This document shows, piece by piece, positions 58,853-64,000 of a stretch of DNA of 64,000 nucleotides (position 1 is the stretch's first letter; each line of letters opens with the position of its first letter). The translations under genes were made by a program, and so were the position numbers. Source of the stretch: an uncultured Acidobacteriota bacterium (lineage in GTDB: Bacteria; Acidobacteriota; Thermoanaerobaculia; UBA5066; Gp7-AA6); NCBI GenBank assembly GCA_963763535.1, contig CAVXOX010000008.1, positions 963,975 through 1,027,974 on the forward strand. Direction: 5' to 3'. The notes beneath the pieces are model-generated. The model saw only the letters and a program-made list of their open reading frames with translations, ran no database searches and was not told the DNA's origin.

Positions 58853-61303
58853 ATGCGACTCCGCCTCGCGCTCGCCGGAGCCCTGCTCGCGCTTCCCGTC
58901 GCCGGCGCGACGTTTACCGTCACCAATGTCAACGACTCCGGCGCGGGCTCGCTGCGCCAGGCGATCCTGGACGCCAACGCCAATCCGGGCGCGGACACGA
59001 TCGCCTTCAGCATCGCGGGAAGCGGGGTGCAAACGATCGCGCCGCTGACCCCCCTCGACACGATCACCGACGCGGTCACGATCGACGGGTACTCGCAGCC
59101 GGGCGCATCGGCGAACACGAATCCGCCGGAGATGGGCACGAACGCGGTTCTCCGGATCGAGCTCGACGGAACGCACTCGGGCGGCACGGTGGACGCGGGC
59201 GCGTTGAAGACGCAGGGGCCCGCGAACTCGAACGTCACTATCCGCGGTCTCGTCATCAACCGTGCGCCGTCGAGCGGCATCGTCCTCTTCGGCCAGGGAA
59301 GCAACTTCGTCGTGGAGGGCTGTTTCATCGGGACCGACCCGACCGGGCTGACCTCGATCGACCTCGACAACACGCTGGGCATCCTGATCGACGCGAGCGC
59401 CACGAACGTCCGGATCGGCGGCACGACCCCCGCGGCGCGAAACGTCATCTCGGGCAACTCCAGCGCCCAGATCGCGACCGGCTGCGAGCTCAGCGCGGGC
59501 GGTTCGGGCCACCTGATCCAGGGCAACTTCATCGGCCCCGACGCCACGGGCGCCGCGGCGCCGCCGCACAACTACGCCGGGCAGGGCGGCGGCGTCGGCT
59601 TCTGCTACGGGACATCGACCGTGACGCTCGGCGGAGCCACCGCGGCCGAACGAAACGTCATCGCCGGCAATCCGGGCATCGCCGTCAACCTGGGAAGCAG
59701 CTTCAGCAACGACGTCCACGACATCACCGTCCGCGGCAACTACATCGGGACGGACGTGACCGGCGCGGCCCCGCTCGGCAACGGCGAGCATCGGCATCCG
59801 GGTCAACCAGCCCAACAACAGCATCTTCGAACAACGTCATCGCGTCGAGCGGCGCCGAGGGCATCCAGGCCGAGGGGGGCACGACCCTCGTGCAGGGCAA
59901 TTTCATCGGCACCGATGCCACCGGAATGCTTCCGCTCGGCAACGCCAGTGCGGGCATTCACGTCATCAGTTCCGGCGCGCAGATCGGCGGCACAGGCGCG
60001 AACGAGCCGAACGTGATCGCCTTCAACGGAACGTCGACTTTCTCCGGCCACGGCGTGTGGGTCGAGAACGGCACCGGCTCGGCCATCCGCGCCAATTCCA
60101 TCCACGACAACCTCGCCCTCGGGATCGCGTTTCAAACCGGCGGCAGCGCGACGCCGAACGATCCGGGGGACGGCGACATCGGCCCCAACGGCCTCCAGAA
60201 CTTCCCCGTCCTGTCGACGCTGACGCCGGCGTTTCCCGAAACTCCGGAGGCCGGACTGCACATCCAGGGCACCCTGCACTCGACGCCTTCGACGACGTTC
60301 GACCTGGACTTCTTTTCCAACCCGGCGTGCGTGAGGTTTCCCAAGGACTTCCTGGAGGGCGCGAGGTACCTGGGGTCGGGTGTCGTCACGACCGACGGCG
60401 CCGGCACGGGCATCGTCGACGTGACGGTGCCGATCGGGATCGCGGCGGGCGAGCACGTCAGCGCGACGGCCACCAGCCCCTCCGGCAGCACGTCGGAGTT
60501 TTCTCAGCGGCTCCCCTTCTCCCTCAACACCGGTTCCGGCGACGCGGCCGGCGGCGGGGCGATCACGGTCTTCGGCACAGACTTCGAGGATGGGGCGACC
60601 GTCACGATCGGGGGGACTCCCGCGACGGGGATCGTCGTCGTCTCGACAACATCCATCACCGCGGTGACGCCCGCGCTCGCGGCGGGCAGCGCCAACGACC
60701 TCGTCGTGACGAACACCGACGCCACGACCGGAACGCTCGTCAAGGGCTGGGTCGCGGACTTCCTCGATGTTCCGGGCGGACAGCAGTTCCACCAGTTCGT
60801 CACGACGCTCGTTTCCAGCGGGATCACCGCGGGAGTCGGCGGCGGCCTCTACGGCGTCGGCGACGACACGCTGCGCCAGCAGATGGCGGTGTTCCTGCTC
60901 AAGGCCGCCCACGGCCTCTGCTACACGCCTCCGCCGTGCACGACGCAGGTCTTCACGGACGTGCCCTGCTCCTCCAACTTCGCGCCCTGGATCAACGAGC
61001 TCGTCACCGAAGGCATCACCGGCGGTTGCGGCGCGGGCGTCTTCTGTCCCCAGAACCCCGTGCGCCGCGATCAGATGGCGGTGTTCCTGCTGAAGGCCGA
61101 GCATGGGCTGGGATACACGCCGCCCGCCTGCGTCGGCACGTTTCCCGGACGTGCCGTGCTCGTCGAACTTCGCGCCGTGGATCGAGCAGCTCGCGGCGGA
61201 GAACATCACCGGCGGCTGCGGCGGCGGCAACTACTGCCCCGGCCTCTCCGCCAACCGCGGCCAGATGGCCACGTTCGTGGTCAAGACGTTCCAGCTGCAG
61301 TGA
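58853..61303 (+). CDS. Surface-protein paralog 4; two or three apparent frameshifts (about 59790-59830 and about 61145)
   Basis: N-terminal 320 aa in ORF 58853..60016, the middle in ORF 58813..61485, and the C-terminal repeat in ORF 61103..61303. The second shift is an extra C in tttcccggacgtg compared with paralog 1 (ttcccggacgtg in frame). Confidence 0.6.
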
Positions 61304-61481
61304 CGAAGCCGACCCGCTCGCCGCATCTGGGGTTCGTCGAGAACAACCCCGGTTCGCGCCAGCGTTGGTTCGACGGAGGGCCTGCCTCGCTGGTCGGACC
61401 GTCGTCGAGACGTTCCGCGAGCTTGACCATGAAGGTCGGGCCAACTCGGGTAGACTCCGGGCCCGTCCCAAGGAGGCTCGC

Positions 61482-63707
61482 GTGAGAATCCGTGTCGCCT
61501 CGATCCTCGCGGCCCTTTTCTCGGCTGCCACCGCCTTCGCGAGCACGTTCACCGTCACGACGATGGCCGACTCCGGCGCCGGCTCGCTCCGCCAGGCGAT
61601 CCTCGATGCCAACGCCAACCCGGGCGCCGACACGATCGCGTTCGCCATCCCGGGCTCCGGCGTGCACACGATCGTGCTCACGACGTGGCTTCCGAACGCC
61701 ACCGACCCCGTGACGGTCGACGGCTACACGCAGCCGGGCTCGTCGCCGAACACGCTGCCACTCTCGCAGGGAACCAATGCCGTCCTGAACGTGGAGATCA
61801 ACGGAGCCGCCGTCACGCTCGCGCCGTGCTGGTCGTACCAGGCCAACGGCGGACTTATTCGGGGCGTCGTCATCAACCGCTGCCCCGATGGCGCGATCTA
61901 CGTCACCGGCTCGCTGGACGTCACCGGGAGTTTCCTCGGCATGTCGCCGGCGGGAATGCCGATCAACGGGTCGACGCAGCAATTTGGAGTCTTCGCCCTC
62001 GGCACGCTCGGCAACGAGGCTCCGATCACGGTCAACGTCGGCGGCGCCGACCCCGCGGACCGCAACCTCATTTCCGGCAACGGCGCCGGCGTTTACATGC
62101 AGTACAACGTCGCCGGCGCGGTCAAGGGCAATCTCATCGGGACCGACAAGACCGTCTCCTACACGATCACCAACGGCAACGGGATCATCTGCACCTCGCC
62201 GAAGGGCGTCCAGATCGGAGGCCCGGGAGCGAATGAGGGCAACGTGATCGGCGGCAGCATCGCCGAGGGCTTCGGCGGCCGGTTTTCCGTCTTCCAGGGC
62301 AACTTCGTCGGCACCAATCCCACCGAGACGGCGAATCTCGGCAATCTCGGCACGGGGGTCGCGATCGATTCGAACGTCGTCGTTCCTCCCACCGGAGTCC
62401 TCGGCGGCATGGGCCCCGGAGAAGGCAACGTCATCGCGCACAACGGCGGAGGCGGCATCTACGGCGACCCGGGCGGATTCATGATGACGAGCTCGCTCGG
62501 CCAGGTCTCGGCGCGCGGCAACCGCTTCTACGACAACCGGCCCGTGGCCATCGCGCTCGGCTTCGATCCGCCGCACGCGGCCGATCCCGGCGACGGCGAC
62601 ACCGGACCGAACGGGAGCCAGAACGCGCCCGTGATCACGGGCATCGACTACGGTCCGCCGACCGTCGCCCATTTCCTCCTGAACAGCACGCCCTCGACGA
62701 CGTTCGACGTCGACGTCTACGCCGACACGAGCTGCGTCTCGTTCCCGGTCGTGTCTTCCCAGGGCGAACAGCTCGTGGGCTCGGTCCAGGCGACGACCGA
62801 TGCGTCGGGAGTCGTCACGATCGACTTTTCGCTCCCGTCGCCGCTCGCGCCGGGCCAGAGTGTCTCGGCGATCGCGACGGATCCCGCGGGCAACACGTCG
62901 GAGTTCGCGCAGACGATCCTGCTCAAGACGATTCCGCGGTCGGGTCCCGCCGCCGGCGGCGGCTCGGTGTCTCTCTACGGACAGCTCCTCGAAGCCGGCG
63001 CCACGGTCGCCGTCGACGGCATCGCGCCGTCGAACGTGGTGGTGACGCCGCCCTACATGATCACGGCGAACATGCCGGCGTTCGACCCGGGAACCGCCCA
63101 CGACGTCGTCGTGACGAATCCCGGCGGAGTCTCGGGCACGCTTCGCAACGGCTACATCGCGGACTTTCTCGACGTGCCGCCGGCGAACCAGTTCCACGAC
63201 GACGTCGTCAAGCTGGTGGCGAGCCAGGTGACGGCCGGCGTCGGAGGCGGGTTCTATGGAATCGGCGATTCCGTCAAGCGGCAGTCGATGGCGGTCTTCG
63301 TTCTCAAGGCCGAGCACGGCATCTGCTACACGCCGCCGCCGTGCACGCCGGGCGTCTTCGCCGACGTGCCGTGCCCGTCGCCGTTCGCCGACTGGATCGA
63401 GGCCATGTTCGCGGAAGGAATCACGGGCGGGTGCGGCGGAGGCAACTTCTGTCCGCTGGATGCGGTGCGGCGCGATCAGATGGCGCCGTTTCTGCTCAAG
63501 GCGGTGCACGGACCGGCTTACGCTCCGCCGCCTTGTTCCGGGTACTTCACGGACGTCTCCTGCCCCTCCCTCTTCGCCGACTGGATCGAGCAGCTGTTCC
63601 TGGAGAACGTGACGTCGGGCTGCGGCACCCTCCTCTATTGTCCCTCGAACCCGAACACCAGGGGACAAATGGCGACGTTCCTGGTCAAGGCGCTTCGCCT
63701 TCCGTAG
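61482..63707 (+). CDS. Surface-protein paralog 5 (741 aa); intact but the most divergent
   Basis: GTG at 61482 with an [66 protein letters not shown]. Repeats with [13 protein letters not shown], and a degenerate last one NVTSGCGTLLYCP. Confidence 0.8.
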   Translation: MRIRVASILAALFSAATAFASTFTVTTMADSGAGSLRQAILDANANPGADTIAFAIPGSGVHTIVLTTWLPNATDPVTVDGYTQPGSSPNTLPLSQGTNAVLNVEINGAAVTLAPCWSYQANGGLIRGVVINRCPDGAIYVTGSLDVTGSFLGMSPAGMPINGSTQQFGVFALGTLGNEAPITVNVGGADPADRNLISGNGAGVYMQYNVAGAVKGNLIGTDKTVSYTITNGNGIICTSPKGVQIGGPGANEGNVIGGSIAEGFGGRFSVFQGNFVGTNPTETANLGNLGTGVAIDSNVVVPPTGVLGGMGPGEGNVIAHNGGGGIYGDPGGFMMTSSLGQVSARGNRFYDNRPVAIALGFDPPHAADPGDGDTGPNGSQNAPVITGIDYGPPTVAHFLLNSTPSTTFDVDVYADTSCVSFPVVSSQGEQLVGSVQATTDASGVVTIDFSLPSPLAPGQSVSAIATDPAGNTSEFAQTILLKTIPRSGPAAGGGSVSLYGQLLEAGATVAVDGIAPSNVVVTPPYMITANMPAFDPGTAHDVVVTNPGGVSGTLRNGYIADFLDVPPANQFHDDVVKLVASQVTAGVGGGFYGIGDSVKRQSMAVFVLKAEHGICYTPPPCTPGVFADVPCPSPFADWIEAMFAEGITGGCGGGNFCPLDAVRRDQMAPFLLKAVHGPAYAPPPCSGYFTDVSCPSLFADWIEQLFLENVTSGCGTLLYCPSNPNTRGQMATFLVKALRLP

Positions 63708-63797
63708 GACCCGAAGCCTTCAGCCGCGCGGGCCCGTGCTCGCCGCCCTCACCTCGGCCAGTCGCCGAGCCGGCGCGCGGCTCGAGCCGAGGGTCTA

Positions 63798-64000
63798 GCC
63801 GGAGAGCGCGGCGAGTTCGCCCTTCGCCTTCCGCGCGCGAGGATCCGCCTCGCCGTGGTGGGCGCGCAGTCGCTCGAGCGCCTCGGTCAGCTCCCGCCGG
63901 GCGCGACTCGCGTCGCCCTGGGCCCGGGCGATCTCGGCGCTCGTGACGAGCATCTCGTCCACGCGAGGATGCTCCGCGTCGATCTTTTTCTGCAGGGCGA
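63798..64000 (-). CDS. C-terminal fragment of a hypothetical protein; gene continues beyond the window
   Basis: Minus-strand reading ...ALQKKIDAEHPRVDEMLVTSAEIARAQGDASRARRELTEALERLRAHHGEADPRARKAKGELAALSG*. Confidence 0.3.

Noticed and set aside
51473-63707. Polymorphic-toxin / RHS or autotransporter interpretation of the paralog array
   Set aside because: No C-terminal toxin/immunity pairs, no beta-barrel translocator, no RHS/YD repeats. The C-termini are constant (KTF.LQ) rather than variable.

Overview
This is a high-GC (about 70%) chromosomal window, probably from an Acidobacteria- or Deltaproteobacteria-like soil bacterium. It mixes housekeeping and accessory content, and the accessory parts are dense and repeat-rich.

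Genes called with support:
- A partial class-I glutamine amidotransferase and a thiolase.
- An OmpR-type two-component pair with a small translationally coupled membrane ORF upstream.
- Lipoprotein Cu/Zn superoxide dismutase and a group-II PLP decarboxylase.
- DinB-like, cupin and RRM proteins.
- A coxS-coxL-coxM-like molybdo-hydroxylase operon (2Fe-2S subunit, molybdopterin subunit, FAD-binding subunit).
- An M23 peptidase, an amidohydrolase, an APC-family permease and ychF.
- A DDAH-like gene, fructose-1,6-bisphosphatase, an ECF sigma / anti-sigma pair and a ferritin-like protein.
- An Opu-type ABC transporter and a flavin-dependent halogenase-like gene.
- A chalcone-isomerase-like gene, an ATP-grasp ligase next to an HEXXH metallopeptidase, and a CDGSH protein.
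- A membrane GGDEF diguanylate cyclase overlapping a zinc-ribbon ORF and an Smr protein.
- OsmC, a 2Fe-2S ferredoxin, an alpha/beta hydrolase and thrC.
- A TIGR03960/TIGR03936-type radical SAM fusion coupled to a QueD-like gene.

The most striking system is a two-component pair (a histidine kinase with a Y_Y_Y beta-propeller sensor, plus a LuxR-type regulator) sitting directly upstream of five tandem paralogous genes (51.4-63.7 kb). Each paralog encodes about 740 aa: signal peptide, a CSLREA-like N-terminal motif, right-handed beta-helix repeats, an IPT/TIG domain, and three C-terminal Cys-rich SLH-like repeats with the motif [13 protein letters not shown]. The same C-terminal module ends an unrelated 1263-aa secreted protein (12.6-16.4 kb) and a decayed paralog remnant (42.6-44.6 kb).

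Two intergenic repeat families occur:
- A roughly 95-bp double-palindrome MITE-like element (GTCATCCCGAG ... GAGGGATCCCTTT ... AAAGGGATCCCTC ... CTCGGGATGAC) at four or more loci, one copy interrupting rlmN.
- A REP-like hairpin (TGTAGGGGCGGCCCTTGCGGCCGCCC) at three loci, including a BIME-like cluster that removes the stop between coxS and coxL.

Many genes carry apparent single-base frameshifts, often at homopolymers. These are clustered: DDAH has six or more, thrC four, paralog 2 about six, and most neighbours have none. I cannot tell from sequence alone whether these are indel sequencing errors or real gene decay.

Long Arg-rich ORFs antisense to real genes were treated as GC artefacts. No CRISPR array, integrase, transposase, rRNA or tRNA was seen.
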